From the human T2T-CHM13v2.0 reference genome, Homo sapiens, in NCBI RefSeq assembly GCF_009914755.1, contig NC_060930.1: a stretch of 64,000 bases of DNA; one strand, 5' to 3'. The notes under the pieces are model-generated. The model ran no database searches, was not told the origin of the DNA, and saw only the letters and a list, made by a program, of their open reading frames with translations. This document shows positions 28,925 to 41,779 of the stretch, piece by piece. A program made the translations under genes and the position numbers. The first letter of the stretch is position 1. The number at the start of each line of letters is the position of its first letter.

Positions 28925-30199
28925 GTATAAACTCACACTATACTGTATACTATAGTATATAGTACACTACACTATACTATACTGTACTATATTGAGTTCC
29001 TTGCTGCCAAAGAAGAAAAAAATAAAACTAAAGTGAAGAAGTCATGCTTTAGCTTTTTAATCTCTTGTGGCCCATTCAAATTAATTAATGTTTATCAATT
29101 TGTCCTCTGAAAGTGACTATAAAAATAATATCAATATATACAGGCATATGTTACAATTTATTATTCAACATTCCAGTTTTTTTAACAAAAAACAAGCATA
29201 ACATAATTCCTTGTAATCCACAGTTCACCTTAAGTATGTATTTACATCTGTGTAGCCTTACATCAACTAGTTTATAATTTTATGATACTGCCATGTCTAT
29301 ATGCATGTGGTGAAACCAGATAGAATTGAAAGTTTTAATTGCTTTCCTTGTCAGGATTTCACAAGACAGTCTTGGATTCCAGGAGTCATGTCCTGATTCC
29401 TGCTATTCACAGGGCTATGTGAAAGAAGATTGTTAAACTGGGCCAATAAAACAAATTTTGTACACAAGCACAGCTTTTGTTTACTCTGAAAGCTCACTGA
29501 GTGTCATTTTTGTTTTTGCTATCACCTTGGGGATTGTGCATCTCCCTAGAGAAATGTTGCGTGAGTAGGGGCTATAAAGAGTTAAGAGAAAACAGAAAGT
29601 GAGAAATGAGAGGGAACTCCAGTCCCTGCGGCTTCCTATTTACTTTGCTTTTAAAAAAATTCCCCTAGTCTTTACTGAGATTCATCAGTACTTTTTGAAA
29701 TCATAAAGTGTGTTACCCTGTTCAGGACCCAGAGAATTTTATAGTACATACAACTTCCCTGTGGGTCTTAAATTTAGTCTGATCAGTATTCATCATTCCT
29801 GTGAAGAACAAACAAAAACATAGTCCCACTGGGAAGACAGAATCTCAAGCATGAATTAGACTCCTTTTGTTCTTTTACTCTTTCCTTCCCTTGAATCCAT
29901 AACCCAGCTCTGTCAAAGTCAAATAACTAGCAAGTAACATGAAACAATAAAGCATCAGCCACGTGAAACTTCTCTAGGAAAAGAAAAGTAGTGGGATTCG
30001 GAACCATGTCAAATTACTTTCAGAGACCCTTGAAAGGTATTTTTTAAAGGCATATCGTTACGAAGTAAAAGAAAAAGCAAGAATGAACATAAAAACAAGA
30101 AAACAGATTAGGAATCTTAAATAGTTATAGATTTACCAACTGAATATGAATTTTGGCAACAGTGCCCTGCAACCATGTACATTTTCTTTTAAGAATAAG

Positions 30200-30261
30200 A
30201 GAGGGAGAGAAAGGAGAGAAACAAAGAGAGAGAGAGAGAGAGAGAGTGAGAAAGAGAGAGA
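30200..30261. repeat. (GA)n / GA-rich simple repeat
   Basis: GA dinucleotide run with purine-rich flanks. Confidence 0.9.
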
Positions 30262-30997
30262 CGTTACTGACCAATGTACAAAGACTTTGGCAACACAATA
30301 CTTTGCCCTGCCAACAAACTAATTGAAAGATAGAAGGATGAGAGTCCAAAAAGTCTAATTTTCTTTTTGTGATTATGTTTTATCAAGTCATTTGCTTTCA
30401 CCCAGAATTGGAGACTGAGACAGCTTGCATCTTCCTCTATCCCTCTTCACTCCTTCACCACCCATCACCAGTTAGGTGAGGAATTAAGTTGAACAAGATT
30501 GAATTCAAGGATTTAGAGAATGCAACAATCCTATAGCTATATTAAGAACTCATTTTAGTCCATCAATTTTCCTTCAAAATTCTTAGGTAACTATTTGATT
30601 TTCTAAGACATCTTGGGGAAATTTCCTATCCTTCCTTAATTGAGTAATTTATAATGCTAATGAGCTATATGGGTTCACAAATTTAGTTTTCTGGTTTACA
30701 TTCTTCCATGGCAGATTTGTATGTCTCCTTCCTCTCCTAGCTGATTGGGAACCAGAGCCCCTGTGAAAAATACCTCTAGCATTTGTAAGGGAGAAGAAAG
30801 ACGGATTTTGCTGGGATCTTGGTATTCCTCACAGCACAGACTAAACATTCCAAAGTGCTCCAGAAACACAGCATACTGTAGGTTGAAAGAAAACTTTGAC
30901 ACCATATAATTCAACTTATTAACTCAGTTTCTGTCATAGCTTTGTTCACACACTGTAGGAAGTAAAGTTAACTTCCACCAACATCAAGTACCTTGAC

Positions 30998-31226
30998 GTG
31001 GCTTAGCGTGATGGAAAGTGGAACCAGTTATAGACTCAGATGATCTGAGATCAAATCCTAACTCTGCTACTTGCAGAGTTGTAGGATGGTGGGCATCATT
31101 TGAATTTCCAAAACCTCAATTTCCTAATCTAACAAAGATAATAACAATCTCTTTTGTCTCTACCGCATAAGGTTATCATGTTAATAATATGAAGAAATGA
31201 ATGTAAAGGCACTTTGTAAACTGTAG
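30998..31226 (+). mobile_element. MIR
   Basis: gcgtgatggaaag...gatctgagatcaaatcctaactctgctactt...cctcaatttcctaatcta...atgtaaaggcactttgtaaactgta. Confidence 0.75.
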
Positions 31227-31894
31227 GTGAGGTACCACATGAAATCAAGGGATTATTCCACTCCATCTTATAAAGGAGCATGACGTATTAAACAAGGAAG
31301 TGGGGACAATGAGTCATGGCTACAAGTGATGCCATGACTTTCATATAGGATACCATCTCTAAATGGAGGCAACTTTCTTCTTCAGATAGAAAATACATTT
31401 TTTGTGCTATTTACTTGGAGATGGGTATGTGTGTGGGGGGTGGGGGGAGGATCAGAAGTGTTCTAAAATTAAGCTCCTTAAAGCCTTTTCTGATAATTCC
31501 AAACTTAATGTACCAAAAAATTTTGTGTTTTGTTTTGTACCCATCTCTGAAATTATTAGATTCTTATCAATCTTACCTTAGAAGAATGTATCTCATGCCT
31601 GACTTACTTGAAATAAGTGTAGAATGTGTATTCTGCAATAGGTGTACAGTGTATAAAATTACAATATCTCCCACACAGAAGAAGGATTATGAATATAGTA
31701 AGTGATGCAGTCATATAAAACTAAGCTGAATTAGGAGGTTATGCCACTCTCACAAAACTTTTCTTTAGAAAAAAATTCTGGAAATTGCAATTGACTTTAT
31801 ATGTAACCCAGAAACACATAAAAATTAGGAAGGCTGGAGATAAAATTAAAAGAAGAACATTGAAGAGCTGGGATGAATGGAGGCATAAAATATA

Positions 31895-32198
31895 GAGTAG
31901 TCCTTTGGTATCTGTGGGGGATTGGCTCCACAACATCCACAGATACCAAAATTAGCAGATGCTCAATTCCGATAGTATTCGCATATAACGTCTGCACATC
32001 TCCCCATGTACTTTAAATCATCTCTAAATTACTTATAATACCTAATACAATGTAAATGCTATGTAAATTGTTGTTATACTGATTTTTATTTGAATATTTT
32101 TATTGTGTTGGTTTTTTTTATCCTTTTTTTCAACTTTTTTGAATCTACAGTTGGTTGAATCTATGGATAGAAACCCCATGGATAGGTAGAGCTGGCTG
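31895..32198 (+). mobile_element. MER2 (TcMar-Tigger) element
   Basis: gtagtcctttggtatctgtgggggattgg...tactttaaatcatctcta...ttacttataatacctaatacaatgtaaatgctatgtaaat...gttggttgaatct; TA on both sides. Confidence 0.92.
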
Positions 32199-33374
32199 TA
32201 TAATCCTTGAGACACATTGCTCAAATATGTGAGAAATATAGCTTTTGTGATAAAAAAAAGATTGTGCTTCTAAGTCCCCTATTTATCCCCAAATGGATGC
32301 TAGATAAGAGACCTACCTACTCTCTTTGTTTCACAGGCCTGATCTGGGCTATGAACATTTAAATGAAATAATAACCTTCCAGGGCTCTAAATAGGTCTGG
32401 CTTGATGATAAAGCTACATCAGATTTTGAACTTTGAGGCAATTATGCAATTGCTCCCCTAATTGCAACAGGAAGCTCACCTTCCCAGGGCAAATCTGGGA
32501 AAAATAGGTAGAATTTTTGGTGATATGATAAAACCACCAAAAAACTCCAAACCAGCTAGAAAATGATGTAACATAATTTGTGATTTTATTTGTTCTGGAA
32601 ATTTTACAAATTTTTAGTTAGTACAGATCACAAGAACAAAGAAAACAAATACCTCAGGACACCTAAACTAACAGATACTTCAACTGTAACATCTTCTAAT
32701 GAGAGAACCATTGCCACAGTCACATAATATGGGTCCCTATATTATCTTGAGCCTGAGACCGCCTATCTAATTACACTTTACTCTCCCACTCTTCTACTTG
32801 TTTTATGACACAATTTACAAGTCCATAAATTTAGTGGAAAGAATGCCTGTCTATAGTGAATGTGAGTACAGAGTATTCCTTTAGTGACTTTCAGGTCAGG
32901 TGCTCACAAAATTAAAATTACATGGATTCTCTGTGTAATCTCCAGTCAAATAGCAGAATGACAGTAACCTGATTAGAATGTTCAGGTTTGTCCCAGCTGA
33001 GGCTGATTTTGAATCTGAACTCTCATACGCTATAAGTAACATTAAGCCCCTGAAATTTAAAAATGAGTTCAAATATTTTTAAGCAGATGGAAATTTACAA
33101 AGGAACTCAGAAGCCTTCAAGTAATGTTTAGGGAAGAACCCTGCTTGCTGTTGCATTTCTTCATTGTATGACACTGGCTTTAAGATTTATAACCTATTAC
33201 AGTAATATAATGTACGATGAGATCTAATCTCCAGTAAAATCAAGCATACACAATAATAAGCATAGGAGCTAAATCAAGGAATGGTCACAGCTATTTTTCT
33301 GGAAAGAACATCTTAAAAAAAAAAAGAATGCCATTGTGATGTCGTTTCAATCATGCAGTGTCAGGAAGCAACAA

Positions 33375-33570
33375 GTACAATAATAAGCTTATTGCCATAT
33401 ACTGAACTCCCATGCATGCTCTTTTATGAGGACTTCTCATTCATTGAGTTGCATTACCCTGAAAAATAAGGATTTTTATTCCCATTTTAAGAATGAGGAA
33501 ACAAAAAATATTAGTGAAGTTAAATAACATGCTCAAGTTCATCCAGCTTGTGGATTGCTAAATTGGGGTC
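33375..33570 (-). mobile_element. MIR
   Basis: tttttattcccattttaagaatgaggaaac...gtgaagttaaataacatgctcaagttcatccagct antisense MIR core. Confidence 0.65.
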
Positions 33571-35309
33571 AAAATAAGGAATAAAGGGATCAAATGTACA
33601 GTGATACTTCAATGAGAAACAGCTTTCTTGAGAATAAAATTAAAATTATTTCATGTCTTACTTTACATTCATTTCATTTATTTATTCATTTTTACCATTC
33701 ATTCTCTTATTCGTCCAACAGATGCCCCGAGTGCCAACTGTGCCTTTCACTTGCACTTGACTGAAAACACCCAGAAGACAGAAAGGCACAGTTTTTGCCC
33801 CCAAGAACTTAGAGTTTGGTGGGGAATCAAGCATATGAACTATTGGTAATAAACAGAGGAACACTGCTTATCCTCTGAAATCATAAGTCAAATTCTTCCA
33901 TATACTAAGAAAATAAGAAAAATGGGGATACTATTAGGGCATATAAAGAACATTTCTCTTTACTCTCTTCAGGCTGTGGCTTGATCATTAAGAGCTTGAA
34001 GGATCATGGTCCTCTGATGACTTCATGTTAGTGCCACCTGTCTGGGCCACGGAGAACCCATGATGGAACTGAGAATCTGAGGAAGAGAAAAAAAAGATAA
34101 AAAAAAAAAAAAGGATCATGGACAGGGGCAAAATATTGATGAACTGGAGAGGGAATTTCTTTATATTTCCTGGCAAGGGTGAGCTCTGAAACTGATGTCA
34201 TAGACAGATCTTAGAGCCCAGCTCCCAGTGGGAGTAAATTATCTTCCCATAAAATTCATCCATATGATAACTATTGATATTATCAGAGAGGAGTGTCTTC
34301 AATTAACAAAGATGCATACTCTTAACCATACCAAAAATACTTTAGGCTAATCAAAGGTAGACATTATGGAGGAAACAAGTCATGTTTCATGTCATTGATA
34401 AAGAACTTTCAAGTATTCTTTTTAAAGAACACTTTGATAGTTGCCTTGGTGGTGGACTTGGATCTGCATAGCGTCAAGCCCTTCATTCACTGTCATTTCC
34501 TACATGGATGAGGGGAACTATTTTAGAAAGGCTGGCATTTCCAAGGGTACCTGGTTAACTTTAAGGTCTGTAAGAGTAGGACCATGCTGTTTTTTGTTAT
34601 CACTCTATTATCAAAATTTGTCACAGTCCCAGACCCATGACAGAAATAACATGTACATTGGTTAATGAAGAAGTAATTTAATCAAATGCAATGATTCTTT
34701 CCCAATTTGTGCTATTAAAAACAACAAATTAATACTCTGTTCTATTTTAATGATAGAAATCTTTTTAGGCAGGTGAGAATCTGATAATGTTTATAGTTAA
34801 AAAATGTCATTAATAAATCAATGGGTTCTGAAACCAATTCCCCCTGAAATACTTCTATTGCTATACATAATGTAAATATTTATTATAATCCAATATGAAA
34901 TAAACTCCTTAAAATTTCCCCATTTCTTTGGAGAATTGGACCTGGACTTATTTTGAGAATAATTAAAAGTGAGGTTTCACCTTGGTTTATGTCAAATCAT
35001 TACACCAGAAAATAGCTAAGAACATTGTTCTTTATAGAATCATGCCACTAGTATTATTATTTATTTTGATTAAAAGGATTTGTTATTAGAAGCAATATTT
35101 TCTCTCATACCAATTACATGCAACCACCAGCTTTTGAAAGACAAAGTAAGTTGCCGCCAGAATGACCCACAAGTTCCTATTTTCCTTTTTGTCTCAAGGT
35201 CATGTTAAAAAACATATTCGGCCTTGTATGGCTACTTTTGCTATTTTCTAGTGTTACTGTTCATATGTCCTTTCTCTAGTTTGGGCTGCTATAGTCCTTT
35301 GAAGCCTTG

Positions 35310-35344
<35 letters not shown>

Positions 35345-35362
35345 TTGTTGTTGTTGTTGTTT
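35310..35362. repeat. Compound (TTTA)n(TTG)n microsatellite
   Basis: Seen directly in the sequence. Confidence 0.9.
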
Positions 35363-38300
35363 TCTATCAACTTCAGATTGAACTGGCTTCCTTCTTTCAG
35401 ATGGCACTCACCATGTCAATGATAACAATCAACAAAAGACACCCATACACCCAAAGCTTGCGCCTTACTGACCAAAACCTAATAGTCTACTTGTACTACC
35501 TGCCAACATTCTTAAAAATACACAACATACTCATCCCTATAAGCTCACAGCAGCATTTTCACTAAAGGATGAAATCCTGGAACATTTAATTATCTTGAAA
35601 GCAAATGGTAATTAAACACTTTTCCTAACACTGGGAAGCTGGGGTGGTGAAGGAAAGAAAGCTAGGGATTGGAATCCATTATGTGGCAGAAGCTTCTGTC
35701 TGGTCAATTTAAGCAGATTGGAGCGGAGGCAGTCGCACATAACCGCCTCAGGTAAGGGAGCGCAGTGTTCCTGTGGGGTTATCAAACCGGCCAGGCCTTG
35801 AAGGCAGAGCAAAGCCCTTCCAGTGGGAAGTTCTTCCTAAGTGCTTGCATGGCATCCGCGGGATTATCCCACCCCACTCACACATCATCTGGCTTTAAAC
35901 TTTAGGCCCTCTGGCAAAGAAGAGACGAAACATCTATTCGTCCCCTCCTCCCTCTTATCCCTCCGTTCTGCCTTTCCCATCCTGTTTCCTAGCAGCCGCT
36001 GGCTGAGGCCTGCCCTTCTCTGCCAAGCACCAGGCTGGATTAGCTGCAAGCCAATAGCTGGGGGTCAGGATTAAGAGGCCAGCGTGCACTTTAATACAAG
36101 CTGCCTATAATTAATGGCATTATTAATAGCTTGACTGAAAAATTCATTAAAAAATCCATTAAAAATAAATACCCTTTTACAAAAGGCATTGCCTTGGGTA
36201 AGAAAAACAGAAAAAAAGATAAAGGAAAATTGATTGGTGGCTTTCAGTTCACAGAAAGACAGACCATAGTTCAAACTGATTAAAATTGAACATTTTAGAT
36301 TAAGCACCCTTGCCAAAATATTCTCTGTAGTTACCCAATATGAAAATATTATGACATGTCATATATTTATATTTTTATGTATCAAGGGTTGGGATATAAG
36401 ACACACAGGTAGCTGTTTGAAGTAACTTTCTTCAAGTGAATACTCTTGACCCTCAGTAATAGCAGAATGTCCCGTGAAATGCTGGTTAACTGATTAACTC
36501 AGAGCCTCAAATGCAAAAGATCTGTTGAGAGGTGGAATATTCCCCATAAATTTATGACTTGGTGCAATTGTTTATCTACTTGAATATTTTCTGCATAAGT
36601 GCTAGCATTGGTCCTTTTTCTTCTTTTTTTTTTTTTTTTGCATTCATACCACAGTTGTTCTTCTCCGTATATCAGGCTCTGTAACTTGGAATCGATCTTA
36701 TCGAGTTTTGCCTCAGCCCAAATAAACAGTGTAGAAGGTGACTGGAATGTCTGTGGTTCGGATGTTTGCTAGGAGAAAAGTGGTGATGGAAGGGGAAAGT
36801 CCTGTTGGGTACACAGACTCCCCTGCCCCCCTTCCCATCTTCTCCCCTATAAAGGTTTGTTTGTGTTGATACTAAATCTGATCTTTTGGGTCAACTTTTC
36901 TCTGAGTCTAATCTGCTCATTGGTGTGAGATGAACATTGTCTTCCAGAGGTACAGGCGACCATGCCCTCTGAAAAAAAGACCCCATTCATGAGAGTATTT
37001 GCTTGAAGAGAGCTTTTATTCACTTCACCTGTTATGTTGTGCCTATAGAGCACAAAGCCAAGTGGAGATTAGGCAATTATCTGGTTAATAGGATCAACAT
37101 AGACAAGAAGTTCATTCAATAGGCATTTCTGACTGCACACCACGCACAGCACAGCCCTGGATGGGTTGAGAGGCACAGGGTGAAGAGAGAACATGCTGCT
37201 GCTTAGTTCCTAACACAATAAAGGAAATGAGACATAAACACAGTGAACAACTGACATGCAATTTACAAGCAAGGGAAGAATCATATGGGATTCTATGTAC
37301 TAAAGTGGGGAATATAGCAAGTTAAAAATTATAAGAGGTGGTTAAGCTGGGGTACATTTCTTGGAAAGGGAAATCAATGTCTCTATATGTTCAGAACGCT
37401 CCAGTTCACCCCCTTTTAAACCTGGTAATTTCAGACAGTGGATGCATGCTCTTTTAAAATGAATTAAAGTTCCTTTGTTGCCACTACACTAAGTTCTCAA
37501 AATTTATACTTAAGATGGTATTTAATTCCTGGAAATACTGAGAAACTTTTTTTAAAAAAAATCTGGGATTCACAGGGGCACCCACGGATATTATATTAAC
37601 ACTCTGGCATTGTTTCAGCTCTGACTTTTCCCTCCTTGGTACTTGCAGAAAGTTATTAGTGCAGTGTGATAGATATTAACTGAGCAATGAACTTCCCAGT
37701 AGAAAGATACTGATTTTAAAATGCCTGTGCTCTGTGATTTCCTCTTTTGTTTCTAATAAAATATGGCGCTAATTAGCAAAGTGTTGACTAACTTCCCAAG
37801 TAGGATGTGTTAGTTTGTTCAACATTTTCCACTCTCTTTCATTCTCTTCCTATAATTTAGACTGATGGTAGATTTTCCCTAAACTACAACATTTGCAATT
37901 TTCTGAGGTTCTGAAAATTAAAAATAGGTGCTCTGGGGTGAGATCCTCTTGCCTACTACTCCTGGGCATGAAATTCTCAACTTACAGCTTTTACTTCTAT
38001 GTTAATGTGGAAACCTACACTATTAGTTAAAATTTTTTAAATTATGTTGGTTGGCTGTTTTGTCCGTGTGTAACAAACACATTTAACTAATATATTCCTG
38101 AAATATCTACTAATGGAATCAAATAGTGGTGTTGACACACTTTAGATAGAGGCTGCATGTAGGCAATAGAAGCAGGAAGGTAAGAGGGGGGAGGAGAAAG
38201 CTCTGCAGGGCGGAGGCAGGATGTTGGATGAAAGGTACTTGAGGAGATGATATCACTGTTGAGCCCTGTCATTTAGCACCTGGCAGGTCCTCCGTTAAGT

Positions 38301-38671
38301 AAATTAGGTGTAATAGAACACATTGATTTTGGAAAGGAAAATCTTGACTGTTAGGAAAACAAGATCAAGCAAAGGCTGATAAGGCTATTAGTTCTATATT
38401 TTATTCAAATACTGTAATCCCACCTGTCTGAGTAGGCTAGGAAATTTACCAAACTTCAAGCACTTGGTGAACAACTTCCATCAAAGAGGGATCAAATAAT
38501 TACAGACATGGGATGGAAGGAATGTACCCAGGATGTGGTGAAAAATTAGCAAGCATTAGGAAATGAAAGAAGCAATTTTATTAATACAATCATCCACCTT
38601 TTTCGTCACTACCAAGGTCAAACAAAACCTGGCATACATTATGTAAACAGATCTCAGTTCAGATGCTGGAT

Positions 38672-39030
38672 CATTCATTCATTCAAGATATCATTATTGA
38701 ACACCTACTAAATGCTGAAGTTATCCCAAGAACTGGAGACAAAACACATAACAAAGCAAAGAATCTTGTCCTCATGAAGTTTATATTCTAATGAAGGATA
38801 TGAATAGTAAAGCAGAAATATAAGTAAATATGTATTATGTTAGAAAAGGTGATCACTGGGATGAATGTGTTAGGGAAGTATGTTAGCAAGAGTCAGAAGA
38901 GGCCTTCTCACCGAGAAGATGACATTTCAGGAAAGACCTGAAGCAAATGAGGGAATGAGCTAGGTGGCCATCTATAGGAAAGGCATTCCAGGTAGAGCGG
39001 ACAGCAATATATTCCTTGAGGGTGGAGTAT
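38672..39030 (-). mobile_element. L2 3' end
   Basis: cattcattcattcaa...tattgaacacctact...cttgtcctcatgaagtttatattcta...gaaggccttctc...gacctgaag...aaaggcattccaggtagag. Confidence 0.8.
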
Positions 39031-39210
39031 AAGGTGGAAGATGGTGACAATACTTTTCCCAAAGTTAGACACATAAAGTCATTAATATTCAAAATGGTAA
39101 GCTGCTTCTGATGACAAAGTAGAAGCCAATGATGAGGGCATGTTGTAGATCGAACCAAGTACTGAGAATCATTGTTTTGACTATGGTGCAAATAGGGTTT
39201 GCTATCATTC

Positions 39211-39564
39211 TATATTAGTCCATTTTCATGCTGCTGATAAAGACATACCAGAGACTGGGTAATTTTTTTTAAAAGAGGTTTAATGGACTCACATTTCCAC
39301 ATGGCTGGGGAGGCCTCATAATCACGGCAGAAGGTGAAAGACACTTCTTACATGGCAGCAGGCAAGAGAGAATGAATCAAAGCAAAAGAGGAAACCCCTT
39401 ACAAAATCATCAGATCTTGTGAGACTTATTCACTACCACAAGAACAGTATGGGGGAAACTGTCCCCATGACTCAATTATCTTCCAAAAGGTCCCTCCTAC
39501 AACACATGGGAATTATGGGAGCTACAATTCAAGATGAGATTTGGGTAGGCACACAGCCATGTCA
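39211..39564 (-). mobile_element. THE1 (B/C-like) MaLR solo LTR
   Basis: tattagtccattttcatgctgctgataaagacatacc...ggaattatgggagctacaattcaagatgagatttggg; exact 5-bp TSD cattc (39206-39210, 39565-39569). Confidence 0.95.
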
Positions 39565-39829
39565 CATTCCAAAAAAATACTGTTTTCTGAATTTAGCAAG
39601 ATGAATGGAATAGGATTTGGGATTGCTAATTCTAAAGCCTACTCAGTTTCACTAAAAGTATTTGCTAAAAATGTTTCATGCACTCAATGCTAGTTTAAAT
39701 TAAATTCTTTCTCAGTGTCTTTTGGATCATTTTTACCACTATGACTTTTCCTTCAGAAAGAATCTGTTCTCCCAGAATATACTGCTAGATAGCAACCATT
39801 GTGCCCTATGCCAGTAATTCATATATCTA

Positions 39830-40790
39830 TATGATTATTTAACAAGTATGCATTGAGAGTCTACTAGGTAACAGTCACTCTTCATAAACCTGAATACACA
39901 AGATAGACAATACCTGGTCCTTGTCCTCAAAGAGTCACTACAGTTCAATTTAGGGCACAAACAAGTAATTTGTCATGTGTGGTACAGGGTAGTAAAATGT
40001 GAAACCCAGGTAAGCTCAGAGCAATATAGGAACATATAGATGAGAATCTCTACCCAGTCTGCAGACAGGTAATTTTATCAAGAGAATATTCCTAAACTAA
40101 TCCTTAAAAGATGAAGAGGATCTAGCCAGTATAAGAAGTGGGAAGGACATTTCTTGCAGAAGAAGGAGCAGGTAAAAATTCAAAAAAGTGAGAGATCAGT
40201 TAATGAACAATGATTAAAAATGATTGGAAAGGAATTTATGGACAGTGGGACTAGACAGGTAGGCAGAGGACAGTGCAGAAAGGGCCTGGCTGTGTTATCT
40301 TGAAAGGAAGATGTTATTTATAAATTCACCAGTTCAGTGATATGGTTGGCTCTACATCCTAGAACGACTGCTCTGAGATGCAGTATTAAAAGTGAGAGTG
40401 CTGCTACAGAGATGTGGGAACAGGTTAATGGCTCATTTAATTTAGGAAAGAAATTATATGGGTTTGAAGTAAGGTCTTATGAATGACAGTAGTAGTAAAA
40501 ATAACAAGTGAAGTAAAAATTATGAAGATTATGACTATAAGAGATATTTAACAGATAGAGTGTTAGTCAGGATGTTTTTGAGAGAAAGGGAGGAGTCAAG
40601 ATTGAACATAGATTCCTGTATTAGTCAAACTGAAAAAAAATCACCAAAACAAAGAAGAATCAGGTTTGAGGGAACTAATAACGTTGACTTTGAACACCTT
40701 GACATTGAGGGATCTGTATGATGTCCTCATGAAAATGGCCAGTGGGTAGTATGTAGATATGTTGATCTGGCAAGCAAGATGTGAGTAAAG
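39830..40790 (-). mobile_element. L2 fragment
   Basis: Antisense L2 motifs (tggtccttgtcctcaaagag; ggaaggacatttcttgcagaagaaggagcag; gagaaagggaggagtcaagat). Confidence 0.65.
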
Positions 40791-41631
40791 ATGACATTTC
40801 TGAAGTCTCATTAAACCGTGATCATATCTCAGTTTATGGCTGACATCCTATATTTAAAATTGCTTGTTTGATGCCTGCACTCCTAAAGAGTAAGCTTCCT
40901 GAGGGTGATGACATATTTCCACCTTAGTGTTGCTCTTACAGGAATCCTCAGCCTGTTTTCCACCACCAACTAATGACAGGTAATAACTCTCCCATGTAAC
41001 ATACTCAAATGGGAGAACATAGGGCAATAAACCTTTTCTTCTAAGTATATTGGAATGTAAATAAGTGAGAATGCTTTCTTTTGCAGGTTTTTTTTTTTAA
41101 TTCTTCATGGCAAAATAGTTTTGGGAATTCTTTGTAAAAAAAAATTTTAAGCCCTGCTACATGTAAGCAGGGACTTTGCCGTCCTGACCACTGTTTTCAC
41201 AGTGATTAGAACAGTGCTTAGCATAAAGGGACTGCTCAACAGATATTTAATGACTATCTTAAGAAATACTGCAGTGTACTTGGAGACCATGGTTGGTAAA
41301 CACTGCCCTATGACTTATTAGAGCGCCTAGTGAGTAAAAACCTTCCATTTCTTCATAAAATGAATGAAATGGGTGTTTTCTATAGGCAAGATATAGGAAC
41401 TTATGTGGTTATTGAGTCACTAAATCTGAATTTTGTGTTAAAATAAGGCCTCTGCTTACCTGTCTAGTCCCATTGTCCATAAATTCCTTTCCAATCCTTT
41501 TTAATCATTTGTTCATTAATTGATCTCTCACATTTTTTAATTTTTACCTGCTCCTTTTTCTGCAATAAATGTCTTTCCCCACTTCTTAAGCTGGCTAGAT
41601 CCTCTTTATCCTTTAAGGATCTGTTTAGAAA

Positions 41632-41779
41632 TATTTTAACACAAAATTCTGTATGAGAACATCATACAGATCCCTCAATGTCAAGCTGTTCAAAGTCAAA
41701 TGAGTGTTTGTTATAGGCAAGATATAGGATCTTATGTGGCTAGTGAGTCATTAAATCTGAATTTTGTGTTAAAATAAGG
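41632..41779. other. Composite locally templated insertion (inverted and direct copies of nearby DNA)
   Basis: 41632-41649 = revcomp of 41428-41445 (18/18); 41648-41656 = 40713-40721 (9/9); 41653-41699 = revcomp of 40684-40730 (45/47); 41698-41779 = direct copy of 41367-41448 (75/82). Confidence 0.9.

Noticed and set aside
29557-29625. Core promoter (TTGCGTG AhR-like element plus TATAAAG)
   Set aside because: Two short motifs with no CpG enrichment or downstream exon support; expected by chance in 64 kb.
41632-41776. Novel MITE with 18-bp TIRs
   Set aside because: Both arms and the interior are copies of sequence within ~1 kb, so local template switching is more parsimonious.
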